Shown here piece by piece: positions 53,801 to 64,000 of a DNA stretch of 64,000 bases; the first letter of the stretch is position 1, and each line of letters starts with the position of its first letter. This stretch comes from Botryllus schlosseri (lineage: Eukaryota): contig CM119372.1 of assembly GCA_051294905.1 (NCBI GenBank), positions 14,386,001 to 14,450,000 of the forward strand, in the 5' to 3' direction. Under the pieces are notes generated by a model. The model ran no database searches, was not told the origin of the DNA, and worked only from the letters and a program-made list of their open reading frames with translations. Position numbers and translations under genes: made by a program.

Positions 53801-56800
53801 ATATCTAGGACTCATCAGTACTCCAATGTGTTCTGTATGTGTTCACGGTATCTTTGTGACCCCGTGTTGGTAATTTTCCATGATTTGCTGAGAGATTCGA
53901 AATTAAAGGTGGTATCTGCTCCAAGCAAGAATTGCGGTCGATGCCAAAGAGCTGAAACAGATCCAAATATCTCTCGCATCCTGAGCATTTTATAACTTCT
54001 GTGAGCAGGTGCTACAATATAACAAATTTTGGATACCGGTACTGAACTTCATGATCGCAACAAACAATAACTTGTATTGCTCAATTATTCCCCCAAAATT
54101 ATTTTGACTGAAATGTCTTCAGATGCAAACGTCGGATGACAATATATATTAAAAATATAATGGAAACAATAAATGGTGCAACACAGCACACAGTTTGTCA
54201 GTGAAACAAATTAACAGTATGACATTTTTTACCGAAATGATTTCATCTTCAAAAACTGACTTGGTGCTTTTGGATTGTTCACCAATCTGAGCTGGTTCTA
54301 TGTCACAGGTCGCCATAAGCAATCCACCCTCGAGAAAGACTGGCCAAGACAAAGCGAGAACCCATCCGGCAAGAAGCGATCAATTCAAAGGAAGGTATGT
54401 GCATTGTAAAACTCGTGTATGTAAAGCTCTTTACCATCTGCTAATGCTGCCTAGTATTCGCATGCAGTTTAGAAAATATGACGTTGTAGACTTTTGTCCT
54501 TGATGTTTATTGCGGCATACACACCGACTCATGATACAAATGCACACGATCTGTGCATGTCATATGCATACCGTGAGTCTTGCACCCACCCCTCCATGCT
54601 ATCCCGGTAATGCTGAGCGCCAAACGGGGAATCCATGGATACCAACTTTACTGATTATACACACCGACTAATGAGAGAGTCTTTATTTTCATCAAACCAA
54701 AATACATAACACACGGCAGTGGTTGTGGTACAGAATATATGCATGCACAGTATTCGGTATTAGATAGGAATGATCGATAAGACCGTGAAGGTCATCTAGT
54801 CTGATCACACCAGCATCAAACAGGTACACTTGACTCTAAACAGTCTAGCTGTAAAAAATGTTACAGTAGTTAAAAAAAATAAAATAGAAGAAAAATTAAA
54901 CGATGGTAGCAAATGATCAATGAAGCAATGTCTGGGCGAGGTAGGGCAACAGTGTTAGTGTAACGACAAGAGGTGATCAAGTAGGGCTTTTCTGAATCTA
55001 TTATAAGGCAATTCACGGATATGTGGTGGTAATGCATTCCAGATGATAGGTCCCGAGTAGTCGATGGACCTCTTAGTTAGGTTGCTATTGGGTGGGGGTA
55101 AGTAGATATTTCCTTTAGACGAGGATCTCGTGTAATGGGAGTGGACATTTTTAGCAGGCATGAAAAAGTCATCAAACACAGGAGGCAAACTATTGGAAAA
55201 GTATTTGTGAATGACTTTTGATACTTCGAAGCGATATAGGTCGTCAACTTGCAAAATTCGGTGCTTACGGTAGTAAGGCGATAGTTTGGTACGTAAAGGT
55301 ACAGATGAGATCAGCTGTATCGCACGGTTTTGCAGGGTTCGAATTCTGCACAGAAATGTCGTGCATGCACTTCCCCATACTACGATTCCATATTGCAGGT
55401 GAGAATGGAAAAGAAAGAAATATATCGTTCGTAGTATTGATCTGGAAACCAAAGATTGCAGACGGGTCATTATTCCCACACACCGAGCTAGTTTTGATAT
55501 TGTGCATTCAATATGCTGCTTCCAAGACATTTTGGCATGCATACCGTGTCATATTCATACCGTGAGTCCTGCACCTCCCCTCCATGCTATCCCAGTAATG
55601 CTGAGCGCCAAACGGGGAATCCATGGATACCAACTTTACTGATTAACCCCCGGCCTACATGCATTCATTGGTATTGTTCAACTTCATTGCCAAGTCGGCC
55701 ACATATAAATAACGTGGTGGGACCGTGAGAAAAAACATGAGTTTCCAGGTAGTTGTAAGGTAGCGTTACCGTATTTTGGAAATCTGAAAAGAGGACACTT
55801 TTTCAAAATTTTCAGACTCGCTATACCGGAGGAAAATCCTGAAAAAATGGTAAATTTTCTGCACTTCATGGTCGAATGACTAAAAAAAAGGTCAACTTAC
55901 TCGCTCAGCGTCCAAAATATAGTTTTCCTTTGTCATTATTAGTTGGTTGACTAAAAAAAAAGGTCAACTTTCCAGCTCAACTCCCGAAATAGCCGCAGGA
56001 GCGTTACTTCAGTGCTGATTTACTGTATCTCAGTCGAATTTTGCCCAGTATTTAACCAAAATTCTCAAAAAAGAGGACAAAATCTAAAAAAAAAGTACAT
56101 TTGGGCGTCCACCGAGGACACTTACAAAAATAAGGACAATTCCTCTTATCGCTGGTCAGCCTGTTTCCAACACAGAAAATGCCAAATACCCCCGGGGGTT
56201 TTACTGGACTCGGACATGTCCTGGAAGAGTTATATTCAGTCTCTAGATAATAAATTTTCACCGAAGTGCGGCCTGTTCTACGGCCTTAGCCGCTTCATGC
56301 CAGCATAGGTTCTTCTGATACTCTATAAATCCTTAATCCAATCGAAGTTACATTATGGCATCCTCTGTTGGGGGGCTTCCAGTAAAACTGCACTCGAGCC
56401 ACTGCAGAAGCTACAACATAACGTACTCCGTATCATAGCTAGGGCCCCCAAGGGGCCTGGTTGTTCATCCAACAAGTCGCTACTGAAGAGATTCGGTGTC
56501 CTAAACATAGAAGATATGCGGAAATTAGAAATCGCCAGGTTTATGTATCAGTTCCATTGCGGTCATTGCCCCGAATATTTCAATGACTTCTTTACTTTGG
56601 AATCAAAAGCGTGGGTCCACGTCATCCAAATATATGATCTACCGAAAAGATCATCGTTCTATCAAATATGCCGGACCTGACGTGTGAAAAAGTATCACCC
56701 CGGCCATCCGACAGTCGACGAGCATGTCCACATTCAAGTCGAAATGCCAGCAATTACTACTAAATAAATACTAGGCCATCCTCAAGATTACAGGACCACA

Positions 56801-57465
56801 ACCTGACCCATCGATCTCGCCTTCCATGACATGCCACCCCAATTCTGTCGCTTGCTTTTTGCAGTAATATCTTCTTTTACTTTTCATTCAGTGTGCATGC
56901 CTCCTCTTTACATCGCCTAGGCCGAGGTGGGTGTGTGATTCCATAGACCACTCCAAGTCGCTTCGACACCTTCCTATCTTTTCAGTGTATCGCATTTTTG
57001 TGCTGTATGAAACTGATAAAATTGCCAATAAACTATTGATGATGATGATGAAAAGAGGACGTATGGTAACCCTATTGTAAGGCCCATCATTCATCGAGAA
57101 ACGGTATTTCGAGTATTATTTATCAGCATACGGATACTAATGACATTTTGGATTTTTTCCTTCTCTTAGCCCACTTGAGCTTATCGCAAACGCAATAATC
57201 TAAAGTTAAATTGGAAATAAATTTGGCAGCCTGCACACCAGTCAAATTTAATTTGAGATTGTTGTTAACTAGCTATGTATCAACCGAAAACGAATATTTG
57301 TATTTCAGCCGCGGTCGAGGAAGAACACAGCTGTCAATGATGGTGCCGAGGTCAGTCAATCGTCCGGAGCAGTCTGCCAGTAGAAAAGTAGATGCTGCCA
57401 AGATACAAACACATAGCGGTGGAATGTCCAATGGAGACTTCGCCAACTTGCTGATGAAGAGATGA
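41831..57465 (+). CDS. SART3: Spliceosome-associated factor 3 (SART3/p110/Prp24 homolog), 22 exons, about 946 aa
   Basis: Exons 41831-41935, 43269-43394, 43460-43565, 44323-44507, 44661-44766, 45331-45455, 45931-46092, 46154-46285, 46360-46468, 46984-47058, 47112-47286, 48311-48539, 49379-49502, 50075-50224, 50281-50394, 50916-51046, 51732-51863, 51923-51988, 52649-52801, 52861-52953, 54309-54394, 57309-57465 (2841 nt, in frame). HAT repeats (LWMEWI, VWLEY, YERALVDNCL, RSVRNCPW), two RRMs (SIFISNL/RGFCYIQF; KLFVSNL/KGLAYVEY) and the C-terminal LSm-interaction motif MSNGDFANLLMKR. Confidence 0.95.
42904..43114. mobile_element. Short hAT (Charlie-like) MITE
   Basis: Ends TAGTGGTTCTCAAAC / GTTTGGGTACCACTG, with GACTAG on both flanks. 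Confidence 0.6.
50411..50865. mobile_element. hAT-type MITE with GACTCC arrays
   Basis: TIR CAAGGCTGTG...CACAGCCTTG. Partial TSD CTAGAAAC/CTAGTATA. Confidence 0.75.
54680..55542 (-). mobile_element. 5'-truncated CR1-group (Crack/Daphne/L2-like) LINE: ORF2 C-terminus plus 3' UTR
   Basis: ORF 54955-55542 reads SWKQHI...IYFFLFHSHLQYGIVVWGS...LQNRAI...HSHYTRS...SIDYSGPIIWNALP, typical of the region after the RT domain in this LINE group. It lies in the last SART3 intron, antisense. Confidence 0.85.
55761..57074. mobile_element. TAGGGTTACCA/GAGGACA-family MITE split by a LINE insertion
   Basis: Ends TAGCGTTACCGTA / TATGGTAACCCTA. Exact TSD TTGTAAGG at 55753-55760 and 57075-57082. Confidence 0.82.
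56150..57050 (+). mobile_element. Degenerate 5'-truncated CR1-group LINE with a (GAT)n tail
   Basis: Reads GVLLDSDMSWKSYI...*VLLILYKSLIQSKLHYGILCWGAS...LQKLQHNVLRII with stops and frameshifts. Ends AATAAACTATTGATGATGATGATG. Confidence 0.8.
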
Positions 57466-57584
57466 TCTGAAGTTGACGTGTCAATTTTCATGGTTTATTC
57501 GTTTACTAACCGGTGCGCAGTGTGCACGTAAATGAACTTTCTTCATGAAGAATGGTTGTTGATTCGTCCGTATTGTATTATAGG

Positions 57585-57768
57585 CAATGTTCCCTCTAAG
57601 CTGCGCATGCGCGCAGTGCTGACACGGTCTCTTCGCACGGAAAATCTAAATTGCGCACAAAAAATCCGAAGTCATGACTTTTTTTAGTCGTTACGCACTG
57701 TTGTCCGAGGGTCTGCGCAGTGATTTGGTGACTGTGCACTGACTCGTCAAAAATTAGAGGGAACATTG
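57585..57768. mobile_element. hAT-type MITE in the probable SART3 3' UTR
   Basis: TIR CAATGTTCCCTCTAA...TTAGAGGGAACATTG. Exact TSD ATTATAGG. AATAAA follows at 57864-57869. Confidence 0.88.
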
Positions 57769-59199
57769 ATTATAGGCTTGTGGTGCCGTCTCTCTAAGAC
57801 TAGCTAATGTGACTCTGTCAACACGACCATAGTTGTGGGTAGGAAAATGCTTTTAGGACACCAAATAAATATTTTTGACATTGCAGTAACATGATGGTGC
57901 AGTTTTAGAAATTTCGCAATGAAGTGCATTCAAGGTCAGCGATTGTGTAGCTCAGTATGTCTACTGGCACTGCTAGTCTCTTAAAACGCTACATCGCTTT
58001 TTCCATTTTAAACCCGTAAGTTTCATATTCGAAAAGTTGTTCAAGCGTTGTATTTCTCTCATTTTAAAGCTCCCGGTAGGTCCTATCAAAGTATTAAACA
58101 TTAGTCTAGCTCAGGGGTTCTCAAAGGGTGGGTCATGGCCCACTGGTGGGCCACAGACCATTTTGAGGTGGGCCACAAAGCTATTTAGAAATTTTTTTGA
58201 ATTAATGTAAGTTAAAATATATTCGTTATGTTAAACACTAGAAATATATTCATAAACTTTTCATCCGATTCTGACGAGACGTAGTGGCACGCAGCAGGGC
58301 TTTGGAGCCGGAGCCGTGCATGTTTGCCGGAGCTCTACATAAAATTCAGCCGGAGCTGGAGCCAGTTATTTGAGGGGTAGCTCGGCCCCGACGTTTTTCA
58401 TAAGATGCTATTATATATTCAACAACCATATCTGCTGATTCCACATAATTCAGCAGCAGGCCTTCGAAATTGAGAATCTTTTCCTCTTTGGCGCTTCCTT
58501 TTCCGACTAATCGCGTTCCTGGGATTTAACAGCAGAGGAGTTATATGTTCAATTTCCATACATGAGTGCCAAACCTCGCGGTATGCGAAATATGCCTGCG
58601 AATATTGTGGGTATTCGGCATACCCGCAATTTCATCATCAGCCCTACCTTATGTTGGCCAATTGTACCGGTTCGAAAATAATGATCACTATGTATTACGC
58701 GAAATGCAAGATAGGATATGCCTATAAACGTGATTTCGTTGCACATGTCGATCTGACGAGCACGACCGGAGAAATTCCATCTCATCGTTGCTATGAATCC
58801 GATGAGCAAATACTCGTTCTTTCGTGTTAGTTCTTTAATCAGGCCGCGAAGTTGGACAGTGTTATTGAGTATGCAATTATGCATTCTAATTTGAATTCAT
58901 TACTGCGCATGATCGTCATTCACTCAGAGTAAGGATTTTCGAGCGTAAATAGGGGATGGCAGAAGAGTAGCCCAAAAACGTCGTTACACTCAGCAAACAA
59001 TTGTCGCGGTTCGAGCTACTCAATGCGATGTCAGGAGTCACGAACCCATGGTATTTTATGTTGGAGACAAACTACTGATTTGATACGCCATTTCCAATCT
59101 GTAATCTGTTTCGTAAATTCATTCTTGATGTCTGCTTGATACTCTAGTATTCCCGAATTATCGCGCACTGGGCCTTGTAAATGTGCATTGTGCACTGTA

Positions 59200-59867
59200 C
59201 AGTAGGGCTCTTCAAAAATGACTATTTTTCTCAAATCGTACTGGCTACTTGATAAAATTGTTAGGTTACCTAATTTAAGCCTACACACCAAATTTGGTTC
59301 AATTCCAGCCAGTAACCGTTTTGCTACAGGAGAAGAAAGTTTCTATTTATTATATAAAAATAAATAATAAAAAATTTGAAAAATTTCTGTTCACCCCATG
59401 AAAGTGTTAGGCAGTCTATAGAAACGATGCTCACCAAATTTGGTTCAATTCCAACCAGTGGAAGCGGAGTTATTGCCGTCGAAAAATTTGGATTTGAATA
59501 AAATAGTATTTACGGTGACCGATTCTTCGTTTATTTATTATAGTTGTGCTCACCGTAAATACTATTTTATTCAAATCCAAATTTTTCTACGGCAATAACT
59601 CCACTTCCACTGGTTGGAATTGAACCAAATTTGGTGAGGATCGTTTTTATAGACAGCCTAACACTTTCATGGGATGAACAGAAAATTTTCAAATTTTTTA
59701 TTATTTATTTTTATATAATAAATAGAAACTTTCTTCTCCTGTAGCAAAGCGGTTACTGGCTGGAATTGAACCAAATTTTGTGTGTAGGCTTAAATTAGGT
59801 AACCTAACAATTTTATCAAGTAGCCAGTACGATTTGAGAAAAAAGTCATTTTTGACGAGCCCTACTG
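59200..59867. mobile_element. Foldback-like Tc1/mariner-pogo-type MITE (near-perfect 668-bp palindrome)
   Basis: TA|CAGTAGGGCTC...GAGCCCTACTG|TA. Arms 59200-59518 and 59550-59867, with a 31-bp spacer. Confidence 0.9.
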
Positions 59868-60586
59868 TACACAGCAATTCCACCGAGTAAAGTGCGTTCT
59901 AGTGCAACTATGATGTTAACGACAATTGACAAGTATTTAATATGACGTCACAAGCCGGCACGGCGGCACCAATGTCTTCGTTGCTGCATCCGATGTTACT
60001 GACGGCTGATAGACTCTAGATTACTATAGATCAGTGATTCCCAACCGCGGCCCCGAGGGCCGCATGCCGCCCCCACAAAAATATTGGCAAATCGATTTAT
60101 TATATAACATAAATTTATAATTAGAAAATACTCTTGCTGGCCTTGAAGCCTGGAGTTCTTAATTAGGATTGCAGGAAAGTTGTGAGTAGAGTGCGAACGT
60201 TACGTCACTACTGTTTCAATGCAATGTGCCCTAACTTTCGAGTTGAACGAGCGGTAGCTAGCTATAGATATAGATATTGATAACAACGCACGGCTGAACA
60301 AGCCAAGATGCGAACTGCTGGGACGGCAAAAAGCAGCATAATCGGTAGTCCTATAGCTCGCGACCCAAGCGTCAGAATAATTTGATATGTCCGGTCTTTA
60401 TCGAAAGCAAGTGTCGCTCTGATTCCGAAAATACGAATTGAAATCTGGCCATGGCAATAAAACTACTCCGAAATAGCCGCCGAAGGTCCATCGTCCTGAA
60501 CAATGGGAGCGCGGCAATACAATGATTAAACAATGGCCAATGCCGTCGAGATATTGTTCGAAACTATGCCAATTTTGATATCTTAA

Positions 60587-63118
60587 CAGTGGCGGCTCGT
60601 GACAATATCGGGTGGTGGGGCAAGGGCCGCAAGCGACTTGTTATCAATATGACGTCACAGTAGCGTTTTTCAACGTTCATGATGGCCACATCAATTTCCC
60701 GTAAACAATGATTTTTAACGTAGGTGCCGCGAGAGGTTTGCCGGTGGCGTGACTTGAAGTGCGGTAACAAATGTTTTATTCATTGTTTTTTATTCAAATG
60801 ATTATTTTACAAAATGTACGCGAACTAAGAATCGTTCCCATGCCACGAATCAATCATCAGGTTATCCTTAGTAGCATGCGTTATGATTTCGTGGTAGAGA
60901 TTACGCAAGCGCCGAGTAAGACTATACCAAAAATACACAGACCAACTACCTACAAAGAGCATTCGCATGACACCTTGTGGTGTTTTAATCGTTCCATGCT
61001 CAGCAATTCTGTAAAGTGCTGCAGCGCCTCCGACCCGATTTGTATATGGATTCTCGTCCCGAAAGCGAGTCAAATCGATTTGCCCTCGTCCGAAAGTGTT
61101 TGGTACACGATCCCGATGCGTTACGACCAGGGGATAGGCAATCAAAGCGGTGGCACCCATAAACGTAAAACATTATAAAAAGCCAGCTGTTATCCATGGA
61201 AGATTAATTACGAGTCTGCCTGCCATCATTCAAGCAGGAATCAAAGCATTGTGTTAAATTGAAATGCGAGCACATATCGCATTAAACAATTTCATGAATA
61301 AATTATTTCATCTTGATGAATTTTTCACTTTTTTTCCATAGCCATAACAAAATATATCGGTAAATTAACTGTCAGTGTGCCTTGAGTAATAAGGATGAAA
61401 ACCACTCACTTTTCCTTAGCCATAGACATGGTTGAGTTACCTGGGCTCACTTGATTGAAATTATTCGGAAAGAACATGATGTGTACAGTCGTCCGCCCAC
61501 CAGCATTAATTTATGTCTTGTATAAGTATTGTGCGCGACGTGATTTCTTATTAGCAAAATGTTCAATAACGAGTTCATGTTCGCACTTGACCTGACTACT
61601 TATCTGCAGAAATGGAAATGACTATAAATCGAGAGATTGCGTATGCCTAACTGGAAAGGTCAACGAGTTCGGACACATACGCAATTGTTATCTCATAGAT
61701 TGGACAAGGAAATGTCATATCGAATCCAAAACATCATTCTGAAGAACTACGGATAGCAGCCTCGAAAATTCGGTCCCGGTACAGCTTGGGAGATTCTGGC
61801 CTTGAGGCTGGAGACTGTCACACGACACATACGGCTTACGGTCTATAGTGTCTATATGTCTGCTGCAAAATCGCCTTCGGAAAATATATTACCGAATAAA
61901 TACGTGGATGAAAGCCGAAAACTTGGTACACTGTTACATGAAATCATCGAGAAGTATAGCCTCATGACCGTTTTCGGTATGGTACACTGTCAAAATTAAT
62001 ACGAACAGATCAACGCCGAATTTTGCGTAATATTTACTGAGGAATCGGCTGATCAAGCGATCAGCTGTTAGCCGCCATCGAAAACGAAACAGCTATCGCG
62101 CTTGACAGGGGTTGTAATTGTGAGCAAATGGCCCGAAGGCCACCATTCCACGGTGAAATTGACATTGGAGAATATAAAATAAAACTAAATATTTGAATGC
62201 AAACCGAGGATGTTAGTAAACTGTTTCATGATATCATCATCTCATCACCTATCTCAGTATGGAACACAGATACACCGGCTTTTGCGTGAAATCCGCAATG
62301 CGTTAGGTAGGCTAAGTGTCAGATCAGCGCACATCTCTACCATACTCGAACTTAATAACGAAATTGCTGCCCTAATCATTGAGTGTCAACCTTGAGACTT
62401 GGCACAGCGTTCGATACTAAAATCAAGACATACCATGTAAAAGTTCATGACGGATCTAGCTAAGGAGCATCGTTAAAATCAATGGAGACCAATACCGGCT
62501 TTGCGTGAAATATGTTTGCGATACATGACCGATCAGCACACACTCGACTTTGGAAACGGAATTACTACCCTAAACTTTGAGTAGAAACCCTGAAACTTAG
62601 GACAGTGTTAAATACCACCATCACGACATGACATACCAAGTTTCAAGAATTATCATGGTGTGAAACACCATCAAAATCGACCTGTAGCAGCAACGGTCGA
62701 CTCAACGCATATCACGGTATCCGAGTTCAGATATAGACACGATTGTTACATCACACCTTAGGGGCGAGCAAGCATATTTGCCCCGGTTGCTCGGCCATTT
62801 TACGAATAGGAGAGAGTAAAGCAACGTTTCTTAATTGTGCGCAGCTTTGAGAGAATAGATAGTGAAAGCTTGTTATGAGCGCTACCGGGGCAAGCCCCGG
62901 CTAGGCATTCACAAAGCGAAAACACAGAAGAGAATTCGATTTTCGCGGAGACTTCGCTATGTATGGGCATTTGCAAGCGAAAGCACAAGAAGAACGCGGG
63001 TTTCGCTGTGATCTCGATATATATTGAGCGCTGTGCGTCTATAAATGGTTAAATTGTTATTGAACAGAATTTTAGGTGGGGCAATGCCCCAGTTGCCCTA
63101 TAGGACGAGCCGCCACTG
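60587..63118 (+). mobile_element. Degenerate hAT element (Tip100/ZMYM1-like), possibly with transposase relics
   Basis: Perfect 14-bp TIR CAGTGGCGGCTCGT and exact TSD TATCTTAA (60579-60586, 63119-63126). Broken plus-strand peptides (TLWCF, HFSLAID, FMFALDLTTYLQK, AFASESTRR) only weakly resemble hAT transposase. Confidence 0.75.
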
Positions 63119-63525
63119 TATCTTAATGACTATTTTGGGCTCGTTTCATTGCCTCTGCCATATTTAAATTTGTATTTTCTGAATCAGTGCGACACTTGCT
63201 TTCGATTAATTAAAACCAGAGATATTAGACATATTAAATATGGACGCTCGGATCGCCAGTTATAGGTCAACCAATTATGCTGCTTTGCCCGGGCTCAGCA
63301 GTAGGCCTCTCGGCGTTTAAACCGTGTGTCATGTGCTACGCATCAATCCGTATGTTAGAAATCTAGGGTTAAGGCAAAACCCAGCAGCAGTTGTCCAGTT
63401 CTCCTCAATTTTACTCTATTTTGTGAACTTTTTATTGATCTAAAGCAGTCACAAATTCCATAAAGCTGCAATAGGTTAATCAGTCATTTGGTCAAGCTGG
63501 TACGTGCTTTGATGCTTTATACTTA

Positions 63526-63862
63526 TAGGGTTACCATATTTTGGAAATCTGAAGAGGACACTTTTTCCAAATTTTCAGACTTGAAAAACTGGTGGAAAAT
63601 CCTGAAAAAATGGTAAATTCTCCCTACTTCGTGGTCGGTTGACTTAAAAAAGGTCAACTTTCCGGCTCAGCTCCCGAAATACCCACCGGAGCGTTACTTC
63701 AGTGATGATTTACTGTATCTCAGTCGATTTTGCCCAATATTTTGGCAACAGTCTCATAAAAGGGGACAAAATCTCAAAAAAGGACATTTGGGCGCCCTCC
63801 GAGGCCATTTTGAAAAAGTCAAAAACGAGGATTATCGTCTTAAAAAAATACGTATGGTAATC
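63526..63862. mobile_element. TAGGGTTACCA/GAGGACA-family MITE
   Basis: Starts TAGGGTTACCATATTTTGGAAATC and is colinear with 55761-56150. Ends near CGTATGGTAA. Confidence 0.75.
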
Positions 63863-64000
63863 GTACTTTATAATTTTTGTTATACTTAATGAGTGTATTC
63901 GTGCGGCTCTAACCGTACTCTGAAATTCTAAATTTGGCCCTGACATCGAAGAAGGTTGGGAACCACTGTTATAGATACGGGTAAATTAGTAATCTATATA

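Larger units (their letters stand above)
60032..63968. mobile_element. hAT (Charlie-like) outer element with nested insertions
   Basis: TIR CAGTG(A/G)TTCCCAACC. TSD CTATAGAT/TTATAGAT (7 of 8 match). Confidence 0.7.

Noticed and set aside
54955..55542. Nested antisense host gene in a SART3 intron
   Set aside because: The peptide is the C-terminal part of a CR1-group LINE ORF2, truncated at the 5' end.
60771..61197. Overlapping 135-aa and 111-aa ORFs as functional genes
   Set aside because: They lie inside a TSD-bounded degenerate hAT element and are best explained as relic or inserted repeat sequence.

Overview
Gene-dense, AT-rich animal genomic DNA. The many 53-75 bp GT-AG introns and abundant hAT-type MITEs suggest an invertebrate chordate such as an ascidian, but the species is an inference. 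I built six spliced genes by hand: the 3' part of PUS1 (+), RUSF1/C16orf58 (-), SMIM14 (+), ASPHD2-like (+), an intermediate-filament gene of about 950 aa (+), and SART3 (+). The intermediate-filament gene has a full lamin-type rod, an LMNTD1-type lamin-tail domain and no CaaX. Long introns and intergenic DNA are filled with non-autonomous DNA transposons (many with exact TSDs), a tRNA-derived SINE, CR1-group LINE 3' fragments and a nested transposon cluster at 58-64 kb. Four observations stand out. (1) The LMNTD1-like gene keeps a complete rod with lamin-A-like exon boundaries and has an extra ATG-bearing mini-exon that could give a rod-less isoform. (2) Two adjacent perfect palindromes, each flanked by a 7-bp duplication, look like P-element-type excision footprints upstream of SART3. 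(3) The predicted PUS1 and RUSF1 stop codons abut with zero intervening bases. (4) A Merlin-like MITE is filled with telomere-like repeats. All gene models are manual and have no transcript support.
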